This document shows, piece after piece, positions 25,525 through 39,165 of a DNA stretch of 64,000 nt. The stretch comes from Eledone cirrhosa (lineage: Eukaryota), in assembly GCA_964016885.1 (NCBI GenBank), contig OZ024755.1, positions 33,666,001 through 33,730,000 on the forward strand, read 5' to 3'. Each line of letters begins with the position of its first letter. The stretch's first letter is position 1. Position numbers and translations under genes: made by a program. The notes beneath the pieces were generated by a model. That model searched no databases. It had not been told where the DNA came from and worked only from the letters and a program-made list of their open reading frames with translations.

Positions 25525-25725
25525 TCATCATCATCATCATCACTGTTTTATGTCCATTTCTTTCCACGCTAGCATGGGTTGGACGAGTTGTCCTGTTGTG
25601 GGGGGTGATGCCAGGTCAGGTGACCATGTATTGCACATACAGAACTGATTTTGGCTTGGTTTCTACACCTGATCCCTTGCCTAACACCAACCTCATTTAC
25701 AGTGTGGACTGGGTGCTTTTTGTTG
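25525..25725 (-). mobile_element. Tail-B SINE/LINE 3' fragment followed by (GTA)n at 25755-25927
   Basis: ttccacgctagcatgggtt...cctaacaccaacctcatttacagtg. Confidence 0.75.
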
Positions 25726-25768
25726 TGAGAAGAAGAGGCGAAGAAGAAGGCAAAGTAGTAGTAACAAC

Positions 25769-25808
<40 letters not shown>

Positions 25809-25813
25809 ACAAC

Positions 25814-25856
<43 letters not shown>

Positions 25857-26208
25857 ATAATAGTGGTGGTAGTAGTAGTAGTAGTAGTAATAGTGGTGGT
25901 AATAGTAGTAGTAGTAGTAGTAGTAGTTTAATATTTCCCTTTGATAGACCCAGCTTGTATGACAGAACTTATTAATCATTGACAGACACTTTGCTATTCT
26001 TACTCGTAGACTTAGACAATACCTCCTGGCTCTTCCTGAACATCTGCCTGACCACTACAACAATATCCATCACTCACACCCAGCTAACCACTTTTTCCAT
26101 TTATCTTATCAAAGATGTTACTAATTACTTTTCTGTTTTGCTAACTAAAAGAAAAATATAATTAATCCTTGAAACTGTCTTGGTTTCTATAATACTAAGC
26201 TGTATATT

Positions 26209-26750
26209 TTAACACTTTAGCTAAATTTACATTACTCTCATCATCATCATCACCACTGTTTTATGTCCATTCTTCCACGCTAGTATGGGTTAGACAGGTT
26301 GTCTTATCGTGGGCAGTAGCCAGTCGGCTGACCATGCCTTGCTCATACGGGAACTGATTTTGGCTTGATTTCTACAGCTGGATGCCCTTCCTAACACCAA
26401 CCTCATTTACAGTGAGTACTGGGTGCTTTTTTTCCATGGCGCCTACATGTCCACTTTACAGTGTGGCTGGGTGCTTTTTGCCGTGGCACCTCTCCGACCA
26501 CTTTGCAGTGTGGGGGATAGGGGCATATTGTCTATATGCTTCAGCTTTGGCTTGTACCTGTGGGGTATACTATTGTATTTTTGAGGTAAACACTTTTATC
26601 TCACATAATTACCTCACGTAATATGAAATCTACGCGATTTCGATGTTATTTATTTTGAGAACAATACCTAAACATCAGTATGAGTGACTAATTAAGGCTT
26701 GTTTGAACAGAAAGAAATGAGAGAATTCTGGCCAGTTACAGCCTTGTTTA
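26209..26750 (+). mobile_element. piggyBac-type MITE interrupted by a tail-B element (26240-26560, -)
   Basis: MITE start ttaacactttagc..attactct, insert, then MITE body resumes at ~26566. Confidence 0.75.
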
Positions 26751-26850
26751 TATCTGTCTAAAAGCTTTCTATCATATTTCTGTCAAAATGTTTTTTACAT
26801 TATCTTCTAAACATCAGCTGTCAAAGGAGTGTGTATCTGTGAAATATATA

Positions 26851-27243
26851 CATATACACCTGGTCTGAACACAAAGGAACCAAACTCCCACTGTCAATGC
26901 CTCCATCTCTCCTACTCTCTCCATCTCACATATACACCTGGTCTGAACACAAAGGAGCCAAACTCCCACTGTCATTGCCTCCATCTCTCCTACTCTCTCC
27001 ATCTCACATATACACCTGGTCTGAACACAAAGGAGCCAAACTCCCACTGTCATTGCCTCCGTCTCTCCTACTCTCTCCATCTCACATATACACCTGGTCT
27101 GAACACAAAGGAACCAAACTCCCACTGTCAATGCCTCCATCTCTCCTACTCTCTCCATCTCACATATACACCTGGTCTGAACACAAAGGAGCCAAACTCC
27201 CACTGTCATTGCCTCTGTCTCTCCTGCTCTCCCCATCTCTCAC
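26851..27243. repeat. 78-bp minisatellite x5
   Basis: catatacacctggtctgaacacaaagg at 26851, 26929, 27007, 27085, 27163. Confidence 0.95.
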
Positions 27244-27384
27244 TATTTTGAGCAAATGGGTGCCCATGCGCTGGTCACCCTAATAACTATGCAGGAAGAG
27301 AATTCCCTCTCTGTTCCTCATTTCACCAGTCTCTCATCAAAGTTGTAGTACTGTGTTGTTGATCTTAGTTTGTTAGTTGGTTGC

Positions 27385-28605
27385 AATCATCATCATTTTA
27401 CGCCCGCTTTTCCCTGCTTGCAAGGGTGGGACGAGTCCTATTCAATACAGCATCTCTCCATTCATCACGGTCCTTCATCATCTCCTCCATGAGCTTCAGC
27501 AATCCGAGGTCAGCTCTCACTACCCCCGCCCATGTTTTTCATGTTCTTCCACTACTGCATCTTCCTTCTACTGGGATTTCTTAGCACTTCTTTACCCAGC
27601 AGTCATCCTCCATATGCATCACATGTCCATACCATCGCAGTCTTCTCTCCTGCACACTACACTTTATCCCTCTTATACACAGTTTCACCCTCACGACCTC
27701 TGCCCATGTTTTGTGTGGTTTACTCTACTGCGTCTTCCTTCTACTGGGATTTCTTGGCACTTCTTTACCCAGCGGTCATCCTCCATGTGCATCACATGTC
27801 CATACCATCGCAGTCTTTTCTCCTGCACACTACACTTTATCCCTCTTATACACAGTTTCACCCTCACGACCTCTGCCCATGTTTTGTGTGGTTTACTCTA
27901 CTGCGTCTTCCTTCTACTGGGATTTCTTGGCACTTCTTTACCCAGCGGTCATCCTCCATGTGCATCACATGTCCATACCATCGCAGTCTTCTCTCCTGCA
28001 CACTACACTTTATCCCTCTTATACACAGTTTCACCCTCACGACCTCTGCCCATGTTTTGTGTGGTTTACTCTACTGCGTCTTCCTTCTACTGGGATTTCT
28101 TGGCACTTCTTTACCCAGCGGTCATCCTCCATGTGCATCACATGTCCATACCATCGCAGTCTTCTCTCCTGCACACTACACTTTATCCCTCTTATACACA
28201 GTTTCACCCTCACGACCTCTGCCCATGTTTTGTGTGGTTTACTCTACTGCGTCTTCCTTCTACTGGGATTTCTTGGCACTTCTTTACCCAGCGGTCATCC
28301 TCCATGTGCATCACATGTCCATACCATCGCAGTCTTCTCTCCTGCACACTACACTTTATCCCTCTTATACACAGTTTCACCCTCACGACCTCTGCCCATG
28401 TTTTGTGTGGTTTACTCTACTGCGTCTTCCTTCTACTGGGATTTCTTGGCACTTCTTTACCCAGCGGTCATCCTCCACGTGCATCACATGTCCATACCAT
28501 CGCAGTCTTCTCTCCTGCACACTGCAGCTTATCCCTCTTATACAGTTTCTCTCTCTACTCGTCTATATACTTGGTCGTTCACGTACATTGACATTGCACT
28601 TGCTC
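27385..28605 (-). mobile_element. RTE LINE family A 3' end with an internal 173-bp segment amplified ~6x
   Basis: Homologous to 1360-1729; actttatccc at 27661, 27834, 28007, 28180, 28353. Confidence 0.9.
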
Positions 28606-28878
28606 ATGATAGTGAGTGATGGATTGTGATGGCCTCATACAACTTTTATATCCCATCATATAAGTTTAATATTCATGCTTCTCCACATGAAACTTTCTCC
28701 ACATATATTTTCTCCACTGTTCCATCAGTGTGTCAGCCTCAACTGTTTTCACCTACTTTCCTTCTTACTTTATTATTTTTTCATACATGTGTATCTCAAC
28801 TATTATAATATTAGTTATCATTCATCATCCTTCTTTCCTAATAATTTTTTAATGTACCAATGACTTTCATTATTCAAT

Positions 28879-29120
28879 CGCCGAGGTTAACTTTGCCTTT
28901 CATCCTTACGGGGTCGATAAAATAAAGTACCAGTAATACACTGAGTAATTGCTGGCCCTGTGCCAAAAGTAGAAACAATTATTCAATGGGCGGTGGATTG
29001 GCAGTATTGGTAGAGAGTCAAACGCCATACTTTGCAGCAAAGAGTTATGGCCCTTTATGATCTGAGTTCAAATCCCGCCGAGGTTAACTTTGCCTTTCAT
29101 CCTTACAGAGTCGATAAAAT
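28879..29120 (+). mobile_element. Two adjacent SINE B pieces (3' half, then 5' half)
   Basis: Family B consensus segments. Confidence 0.8.
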
Positions 29121-29380
29121 TGAGTTGACCTGTCCAGGTCTACTCAATGATGTCTGATCTTGGGTTAATCAACTACAACTTGTTGCAATTGATTATCTTG
29201 TAGTTGCAATATTTGCTATAAGTTTAAATGTTTTAATCTGAAATGTTCGGTGGTTTATAGCACGAAGAGTTGCCAAGACCAACATTATTTTCAGCAGGAA
29301 CATCCTATGTAATGATGAGCTAATGAGGAAAACCATAAGTAATCAGATAATCTGCAAGAACTAATTGCCAAATCTGTCTC

Positions 29381-29575
29381 AACGCTTTAGCATTTAAACC
29401 GGCCATATCCGGCCAGAATTCTCTCACCTCCTTCTGTTCAAACTGGCCATAACCAGCCACACATACTAACGTTAGGGTATTGTTATCAAAATAAATAATA
29501 ACATTATCAAAATCTTGTAGATTCCATATTATGTGAGATAAAGGCTTTACCATGAAAATATAATGGTAGAGTAAT
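29381..29575 (-). mobile_element. piggyBac-type MITE, truncated by a tail-B fragment
   Basis: ctttagcatttaaaccggccatatccggccagaattc... Confidence 0.75.
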
Positions 29576-29855
29576 CATCATCATCATCATCGATTAATGT
29601 CCATCTTCCCCGCTAGCATGGGTTAAACGGGTCCTATTGTAAGGCAAGTTGTGTCAGGTGACCGTGTCTCACTCAAATAGGGATGTTTCTGGCTGGTTTT
29701 CTACAGTTGGATGCCCTGTAGGGTTCTGTAAAGGAATATCTGGGTTTCCATGAAAAAAGTAAGGGAGTATATTTATATTACGACCATATAACAGTTCCCC
29801 CAAAAGTTTCTGAACCAAAAAGGGTTCCAGGTTTGAAAAAGTTTGGGAAATCCCA

Positions 29856-31036
29856 ATGTAGAGACTTCTTACATCCCAAATAACCATGTAGAGACTTCTT
29901 ACATCCCAAATAACCATGTAGAGACTTCTTACATCCCGAATAACCATGTAGAGACTTCTTACTTCCCGAATAACCATGTAGAGACTTCTTACTTCCCGAA
30001 TAACCATGTAGAGACTTCTTACATCCCGAATAACCATGTAGAGACTTCTTACATCCCGAATAACCATGTAGAGACTTCTTACTTCCCGAATAATCATGTA
30101 GAGACTTCTTACATCCCAAATAACCATGTAGAGACTTCTTACATCCCGAATAACCATGTAGAGACTTCTTACATCCCGAATAACCATGTAGAGACTTCTT
30201 ACATCCCGAATAACCATGTAGAGACTTCTTACATCCCGAATAACCATGTAGAGACTTCTTACATCCCGAATAACCATGTAGAGACTTCTTACATCCCGAA
30301 TAACCATGTAGAGACTTCTTACATCCCGAATAACCATGTAGAGACTTCTTACATCCCGAATAACCATGTAGAGACTTCTTACATCCCGAATAACCATGTA
30401 GAGACTTCTTACATCCCGAATAACCATGTAGAGACTTCTTACATCCCGAATAACCATGTAGAGACTTCTTACATCCCGAATAACCATGTAGAGACTTCTT
30501 ACTTCCCGAATAACCATGTAGAGACTTCTTACATCCCGAATAACCATGTAGAGACTTCTTACATCTCGAATAACCATGTAGAGACTTCTTACATCCCGAA
30601 TAACCATGTAGAGACTTCTTACATCCCGAATAACCATGTAGAGACTTCTTACATCCCGAATAACCATGTAGAGACTTCTTACATCCCGAATAACCATGTA
30701 GAGACTTCTTACATCCCGAATAACCATGTAGAGACTTCTTACATCCCGAATAACCATGTAGAGACTTCTTACGTCCCGAATAACTATGTAGAGACTTCTT
30801 ACGTCCCGAATAACTATGTAGAGACTTCTTACTTCCCAAATAACCATGTAGAGACTTCTTACATCCCGAATAACCATGTAGAGACTTCTTACATCCCAAA
30901 TAACCATGTAGAGACTTCTTACATCCCGAATAACCATGTAGAGACTTCTTACATCCCGAATAACCATGTAGAGACTTCTTACATCCCAAATAACCATGTA
31001 GAGATTTCTTACATCCCGAATAACCATGTAGAGACT
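29856..31036. repeat. 30-bp minisatellite, ~39 near-identical copies
   Basis: catgtagagacttcttacatcccgaataac with sparse point variants and no spacers. Confidence 0.98.
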
Positions 31037-31269
31037 CTCTCCTTCCAAATTGTGAGTATAGAAGCGAGGTATCAAATAATTCTCCATTAATCCCACTGCA
31101 ATTGATAATTTATGTAGACTTTGATAGGATTTGAAACACAGATCTATAAACCATAAACATTTCCCTTGCAAACATCACTTCAAGTTCACTACATTCTAAG
31201 AAAAATCTTTTAAAGTTTATAACATGAATCTTCATGAATGCATATTGATGTATTTGAAATTGAATATGA

Positions 31270-31659
31270 ATATATATATATGAATATATGTGTATAGATG
31301 CATCTATATGTTATACTATAATATATATATATATAGTATATGTATATATATAGTATATGTATTTGGAAAATCTTGGGTCATTAATAATTTGCAATACACG
31401 CACATATGCATATATGTGTATATATATATATATGTGTGTGTGTGTGCATATATATATATATATATATACACACACATCTATGTGTGCATGTATATTATGT
31501 GTGTGTGTGTGCATATATATATATATATATACACACATATCTATGTGTGCGTGTATATTATATGTGTGTGTGTGTGCATATATATATATATATACACACA
31601 TATCTATGTGTGCGTGTATATTATATGTGTGTGTGAGTGTGTATTTATATGTGTATGTG

Positions 31660-31732
<73 letters not shown>

Positions 31733-31742
31733 TATATGTGTG

Positions 31743-31796
<54 letters not shown>

Positions 31797-32664
31797 CACA
31801 CTCACATATATACTCACATCTCCATACAAATGTACAATATAAATCAGAGACAGATGGAAACATGAAATATTAGTATTAATAATACAAGATATAATAAAAA
31901 TAAATTAAAATAGAAACAATAATAAAGCTAATAATAAAAATAAAAATGTAGCAACAAATTCTGGAATCTAACCAAAATGGCTAACTGAAAATATTTCAAT
32001 ATTGAACTGCAAATTGTAAAATGTCAGAGTAACAAAGAAACAAGAAATTTAGGAGATTCTAGAATAGAAAGAGAGAGAAAGAGCAGGTGATAACTGAATA
32101 AGTTCCTATTACCAACAGCTGGATAAAGCTGATATATTGACAAGATGATAGAGGTGGATGGACTGAAAATAAAGAATAAAGATACAAAATGGTAAAGAAA
32201 GAAATCAAAAAATAGGATATCTAATTACCTTGCTAAAACAATATCAAGAAATCCCATTTGTTTAAGTTTTCAATGTTTTCTTGATTTCTGTGTGTTGTTT
32301 TGTTTTAAGATTTTGACTGGGAATTGCTACTTGTTTTGTTCTGATTTTTAAATTACTACACATACATACATAGACACATACACACACATATATATATATG
32401 TATGTATACACACATACATCATATATATATGTATGTATATATATGTATATATATACATATATACATAAACTGATATATATATATATATATATACATATAC
32501 ACATATACTGATACATATATATATATACATATACACATATACTGATATATATATATATACATATATACATGTACTGATATATATATATACATATATACAT
32601 GTACTGATATATATATATATATATATACATATACATGTACTGATATATATATATATATATATAA

Positions 32665-32733
<69 letters not shown>

Positions 32734-32804
32734 CTCACACACATATATATAATCACACACATATATATACTCACACACATATATACATCATGTATATATA
32801 TATC

Positions 32805-32840
<36 letters not shown>

Positions 32841-33180
32841 TGTATATATATATATATATCATGTATATATATATATATATATATCATGTATATATATATA
32901 TATATCATGTATATATATATATATTTCATGTATATTATATATATATATATATCATGTATATTATATATATATATATAAGTACATACATCTATGCATGCAT
33001 ATGTAGATAAGTACCTATATATTATATTTTTATATCATCACATTATATTAGATATAATGGCTACATATGTGTGTGAGTGTATATATGTGTGGATTACATA
33101 TGTATGTGAGTATATATATGTGTGTGATTATATATATGTGTGTGAGTATGTATGTGTATGAGTATATATGTGTTTGAGTA
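31270..33180. repeat. Compound TA/TG/CA microsatellite blocks flanking a purine-rich unique stretch
   Basis: Read directly from the sequence. Confidence 0.85.
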
Positions 33181-33900
33181 CATGCATTTTATGAGTGATT
33201 TTCAATATGTATATTTTAGTGTATTAATATTGTTTAACTTGTTAAATATGGAATAAGAAATTACCAAAATAAAAAAAGAAGAAACACAAAACACAAACTA
33301 CCAAAAGCAAGAAATGAAAAAGATTTTATAATTAATATGAGAACAAATAACTTAAAGCAGCCATTTCACATCAAATCCATAGAATGAATGGCAACGTAGT
33401 TATAATGAGTCCAAGTATTATAAGTTCTAATCCAGTTTAATATCTACTTGACAGTATTTAATTTAAGGTAAACATTTTTTCTGATAACTGAGTTCTTGTA
33501 AAATTCATTTGTATTTGAATATATATTTCTTTATTTTCTATTAGTAACAGAGTAGAAATAAATGGTAAAATAAATATCTGAGAGAGAGTAATGGATGAAA
33601 AATTACAAAAGAGATAATCAAAATTAGGTTTAAACTGGCAGAAAGAGGGAATAAAGAAAATTTAGTATACATAGCTAAGTTTGGATGTCATTGGGCTTTT
33701 AGATATCTCATTCTCTCACAGTTCCCAGTCTTTTAAAAGTGGTTTGGCAATGTATTCCATACATTCACTCCAATATGATATGTCAATTTCATTTCATCAA
33801 AAGTTTTGTGCTAAATGTTTGTGTATGTATGTATGTATGTATGTATGTATGTATGTATGTATGTATGTATGTATGTATGTATGTATGTCAGGTCGCTCTT

Positions 33901-33968
33901 GACTGCTACTGGTAACATGCAACCCAGTACAATCTGTCTCATGGTCGGGTCGTCGGCGACTAAACTGG
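33901..33968 (+). ncRNA. Degenerate HDV-like ribozyme candidate in an RTE-type 5' UTR
   Basis: P1 gacug/ugguc, P2 ccagu/acugg, GG, P4 ucg-ucgg-cga, J4/2 CUAA; P3/L3 is poorly formed. Confidence 0.4.
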
Positions 33969-34129
33969 CAACCCCACCAAGCTAGCTGTGTGAGGAGAGT
34001 GATATTTTAATAACCTTCAGCAAAGGGGTAGGAACTCATCAGAGTCAACGGCCATCCAAATAGTTTGTTTTTTTTAACCTGGGAGTGAAAGGCCCCCAGT
34101 TGTTGTTCAGGATATGTTACAGGTTCATG

Positions 34130-34465
34130 TGGCAGGCCATAGCCGAAAAGTTCACCAAACTCTATAATCTGCCAAGTGATTACAATACTCTTAGCAAAGT
34201 TTGCAGCCATCATTTATGTATGTGTGGCAAACATCGAAACCATGACCATCAAACAGGCTCTCCAGGTCACAGAGTATGCCTAGAGGGCAACATACTCCCA
34301 AAACAAGAGGATGGAGAGCTTTTTGCAAAGCAAACATCTGCAGTGTAAGCCACACGGATGCTTTAAAGAGTGCCTGAAAGATACTCTGAAGAAGGTCAAC
34401 AACAACACCAAAACATGGAAACATCCTGCAGCAGACACAACCCAGTGGTGAGATCTGATTGTTAC
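34130..34465 (+). mobile_element. Decayed RTE 3' ORF fragment
   Basis: CFKECLKDTLKKVNNNTKTWKHPAADTTQW resembles the RTE C-terminal RxKDxLK...W...AxDR..W motif. Confidence 0.55.
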
Positions 34466-34469
34466 CACT

Positions 34470-35197
34470 GTTAAGCATGCAGTTTTTCATCCATGGATTC
34501 ACTGCGGTATTGCTGGGCAATTTTCCTGGGTGTGAGTTTTTGATTATGCAGGGAGTATCTTTCAAGGAGTATCTTCTCAACTCTCATGATCTTATCTATT
34601 TCATGCAGACAGACTTGCTCAATAGATGGGCTCCTACAATTGGAGGTTTGCAAATGTTGTCGGAAGGATATGATGCAGCACTCAAATGCTGTCTGGACTG
34701 ATGTTAGGCCTCTGCCTCTCTGCTTACATCTCAAGGAGAGGTGGTCTGTGTCACTGCTGATGTGGAAGTTTCTGGAGTTGTTTAGGATTTTCTATTTTTA
34801 ACATCAATTGCTCAGATTTCGTCTATCGTCCAATCGAGTATTCCAAACATTGGTGTTAGGACAGGCACAGCAAACACATTGTGAGCCACTGTTTTATTGT
34901 GCACAGAGACTTCCGATGACCAAATTTTTGGTTACGCGTTCCTTATTACAAATACCATTATAGGATATATTCTCATCTATCCCCAGGTATCTGTAGCAGT
35001 CCTCATCAGATATCGGTGAAACAGTTAGGCCATTGATAAACATTTTGCTAGATTGGGTTGTAGTTTTTTCCTGCTTTACAATCATATATGAACATTTAAC
35101 TTGGCCAAACTCCATTCCTATATCTTTTGAGAATGTTGTAACCAGGTCAAGATTTTTCTTCATCCCATTTATGTTCTTGGCATAGAGTTTCAGGTCG
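34470..35197 (-). mobile_element. R4/Dong-clade LINE RT fragment next to a (CATA)n tract
   Basis: DLKLYAKN...FSKDIGMEFGQVKC...YRYLGIDE; FAVPVLTPMFGILDW; FHISSDTDHL..KQRGRGL. Confidence 0.85.
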
Positions 35198-35586
35198 TAT
35201 GTATGTATGCATGTATGTATAACTGTATGCATGTATGTATCTATGCATGTATGTGTGTATAGAGGAAAGCAATAAAAGACGAATTTAATCCTATACTGCA
35301 TGACAACAAATTATTTAACATCAATTCTTGTAGAAGCTGTTAATGTGTCAGATATCATCAGTAATGCCTGGCAGTAGAAAATCTGATAGGAGTTGGCCAG
35401 TTTGCAACTACCACAAATAGAAAACATAGTGATAATGACATCTTTATTTCAGGGGTCATCTCACAAGAAGAAAGAGCGATGAAATGGTTATAGCATTAAA
35501 ATAGGGAAACCCTGAAGATTTTATTACAACATGCAATCCATCATGGCTACAAATAAAAATGGGTCATCAAAGGAAAGTACTGAAGT

Positions 35587-35797
35587 TTAACCCTTTAGCA
35601 TTTACATTATTCTATATTTACTATTATATTTTCACCATAAACACTTTATTTCACATAATATCAAATCTATGAGATTTTGATGTTATTTATTTTGAGAACA
35701 ATACCTTAACATCAGTATGGTCGGTTACAGCTGGTTTGCACAGAAAGAAGTGAGGGAATTCTGGTCAGATATGGCCAGTTTAAATACTAAATAGTTA
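35587..35797 (+). mobile_element. piggyBac-type MITE monomer
   Basis: Left TIR intact, right TIR degenerate. Confidence 0.8.
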
Positions 35798-36444
35798 TAA
35801 ACAATTAAATATTAACAAGGATTTAACAAAATTTCAATTTCATATGCCATAAACTTTGGTGGTTATAAAGAAGAATGGAGAGGAAATATGAAGAAGAAAG
35901 TTATATTGGCAAGATAGATATAGAAAGAAATCCATCTGGAATGAAGTTGTTTGTCTCTATCTTAAATTGTTATTCTAAAGATTGCATTTCGACTAACAAT
36001 GGGATTTATTCACCAAAAGAAAGATTCTAATAGTTCTGGAGAATTGTGTAATATGTTTCTGTTGAGTCTTTTCAAAGATTTAGATTGCTAAATACAAACT
36101 ACTTAGATGGTTTCCAGAAGAGGTAAATATTCTCTGTTATTTAAGTGACCTTAGGAGACAGTCATTGCAAATGCTTTGTAAGGTTGCAAAGGCTCGAGAA
36201 TATATATATATAAATAATGAAATAGATTCATAAATAACAACAGGTAAGATTACATATATAATTATATAGTGAGGAAGAAACACAGATTTCAGGAAAAAAA
36301 ATATATGGAATGAATGCAATGTGAAGGGGAGTGTTGATTATATCAAAGCAGCACAGTGAGTGAATGAATAGAAGTAGATGGAATGGAAATATGAGACTGC
36401 CAAAATAATAACAATATATGGAGATAAGCGAAATGATTGTGGAT

Positions 36445-36730
36445 ATGTTTAATCGCAAATTGCTCAAGTTACGGAGTTTGTATATCTCAGTCACAAAATA
36501 TCATCAAACAACAGTGGAATGGTTGCTGCGCAGTATCACATCGCTCTAGGTTGGGCAGCTTTCAACAATAACAAAGAAGTACTAACATCAAAACGAGTTT
36601 CCTATCATTTGAAGGCTAAGATCTTTGATTCTTACATCCTACCACTTCTGTTATATGGTCTTGACTGTGTTAATTGGATGACAAGGTCACTTCAGAAGCT
36701 CTCCACATTCCAGAACCACATCACGAGACT
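36445..36730 (+). mobile_element. RTE LINE thumb-region fragment
   Basis: VTEFVYLSHKI...IALGWAAFNNNKEVL...LKAKIFDSYILPLLLYGLDC. Confidence 0.8.
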
Positions 36731-36783
36731 GGCAAGGGGCTCAGCGACCATATCTGTATAGTTTAGTGTCTAAGATATATATA

Positions 36784-37320
36784 TCATCATCATCATCATC
36801 GTTTAACGTCCATCTTCCACGCTTGCATGGGTTTGGACGGGAATTTTCCCACTTGAGGCAAGATTTGTTGTCCTGCTCGTATAGGACTGTCTGGCGGGTT
36901 TCCTATGGCTGGATGCCCTTCTTAACACCAACCACGTTTACAGTGTGGACTGGGAGGTTTTTACCGTGTTACCTACACGCCACATTACAGCGTGGACTGT
37001 GTGTTTTTTTGTTGTGACACCTACACGACCTCATTTGTTTCAGACTGGATGTTGTGGTACCAACATAACTTTACATCGAAAGGGGTGGTGTGGATGGGGT
37101 GGGGGTAGTGGGACGGGGGGTGTATTTTGGTTAAGAGGGGCCTACTGACTGTAAGTTTCGCTTTGTACTTAGGCAAGGCGGGTCTTCTGTATTACTGTGT
37201 AGCGCCAAAGATCTCGGTCCAGTGACATTGTCTTGTAGAGGTGTAAGTGTGTGAGGTCGGAATTTATCAAGTCGTCCTAGGTTTTTCTGGGTCTGCCTAC
37301 TCCGTGGCTACCGTCTATTT
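36784..37320 (-). mobile_element. RTE LINE family B 3' end with long 3' UTR
   Basis: Homologous to 41455-42057 and 58495-59345. Confidence 0.85.
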
Positions 37321-37859
37321 TTTATTTTATATATATATATATATCTGTATCAGTTAGCTGCTCAACATTACCAAACTTAGACCAGTTACATCAATTGTCA
37401 AGTCAAGAGTACTCAAACTATACGGCCATATAAAAAGATCAACTTGTGGTGTGAGTAGGTTATGCCTTAAAGGAAGGTTGGCTGGTAAGAGAAGCAGAGA
37501 CCGGTAGCCAAAACGATGCCTTGACAATGTCAGCTTTTGGATTGGACTTGATCTTTGCTCTTTGAACTCTGCTGTTGGTGATCGAACTTTGTGGAGAGAG
37601 ATATCTCATGTTGATACGCAGTCTGCAACTGGCGGAGTTTAGCGTCACAAGAGAGATGTTTAATCTATCTCTTCAATACCATAGATGAGATAACTTGTCC
37701 TAACATGTATGCATTCCAGTGCCACAGATGAGATAACTCATCCTGACATGTCTGAACTCTTTTTCCAACAGTTCATAACTTCAAAGTTAGATGGCGTTAC
37801 TAGTTTATTGATGTGACGTTTGTCAATCATTCAGATATGCATTGTTAATAAATGTTTAT

Positions 37860-38074
37860 TTAACCCTTTAACATTTACATTACTCTATATATACTATGGT
37901 ATTTTCAGGGTAAAGGTTTTATCTCACATAATATTGAATCTATGAGATATTGATATTATTTATTTTGAGAACAATACTTTAATGTCAGTATGAGCAGCCA
38001 GTTATGACCAGTTTGAACAGAAAGAGGTGAGAGAATTCTGGCCGGATATGGCCAGTTTAAATGCTAAAGGGTTA
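37860..38074 (+). mobile_element. piggyBac-type MITE monomer with clean TIRs and TTAA TSD
   Basis: ttaa ccctttaacattta...taaatgctaaaggg ttaa. Confidence 0.92.
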
Positions 38075-38545
38075 AACAACTTCTATTAGGTCATTACATT
38101 CTTGAATAACTAAACAAGTTGATTCCTCAATTGGCTGTAAATGAAGAAAGTTAATATATTCTTAGACATGAAGTCTATTTCATTCACTAATAAACCCACT
38201 GCCTATATGTGCATGTAGTGTGAACATAGATCCTTAACATACAGTACACTTCTCATTTTAATGGAAATAAAACAAAAATGGCAGAGCAACTGCAGCTGTG
38301 TAAAATATATACAGCACTCAACAGGTTAAAAGCAGCTATAACAACATGTGAAGGCATATGATGTGTATGTATGTATATGTGTAGGCAAGTGTGTGTATGT
38401 GATTGTGTTATATGAGTGTGTGAGTGTAGTACGTTATAGTGTAAGGGGTGTGAATAAGGTAGAGTAGTGTGTAAGCGAGAGATGTGCAATGTGTACATGC
38501 AGAGCAGCTGAAGTCCTGTAAAGGTGTTTATTGGCGTGTGAGGTG

Positions 38546-39165
38546 TTAAGGAATACAACAGTGTTGTTAGAAGAAAGCAATGTGTTTATTTAACCCAATT
38601 GAGTAGATTGTGTTAACCCTTTAGCATTTACATTACTTTATATATACTATTGTATTTTCATGGTAAAGGCAAACATATCAAATCTATGAGATTTTGATAT
38701 TTACTATTTTGAGAATAATACCTTAACATCAGAATGAGCAGCTGGTTATGGCTAGTTTGAACAGAAAGAGGTGAGAGAATTCTAGCCGGATATGGTTGGT
38801 TTAAATGTTAAAAGGTTAAGAAATAGAACAGTGTTGTTAGAAGAAAGCAATGCTTTTATTTAACTCAATTGAGTAGACTGCGTTAACCCTTTACCATTTA
38901 CATTACTCTATATATACTATTGTATTTTCATGGTAAAGGCTTTACCTCACATAATATCAAATCTATGAGATTTTGATATTTATTATTTTGAGACCAATAA
39001 CTTAACATCAGTATGAGCAGCTGGTTATGGCCAGTTTGAACAGAAAGAGGCGAGAGAACTCTGGCCGGATGAGGCCGGTTTAAATGTTAAAGGGTTAAGG
39101 AATACATCAGTGTTGTTAGAAGAAAGCAATGCGTTTATTTAAACCAATTGAGTTGACAGTGTTAA
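38546..39165 (+). mobile_element. Two MITE copies alternating with three copies of a ~70-bp TTAA-bounded host segment
   Basis: cagtgttgttagaagaaagcaatg at 38559, 38829, 39107; MITEs at 38613-38819 and 38883-39097. Confidence 0.88.

Noticed and set aside
26814-28629. Cys/His-rich repeat proteins
   Set aside because: Minisatellite and antisense LINE translations.
29669-31171. 500/415/403-aa repeat ORFs and CRISPR-like periodicity
   Set aside because: Pure 30-bp tandem repeat with no unique spacers and no cas genes; ORFs on both strands follow from the unit length.
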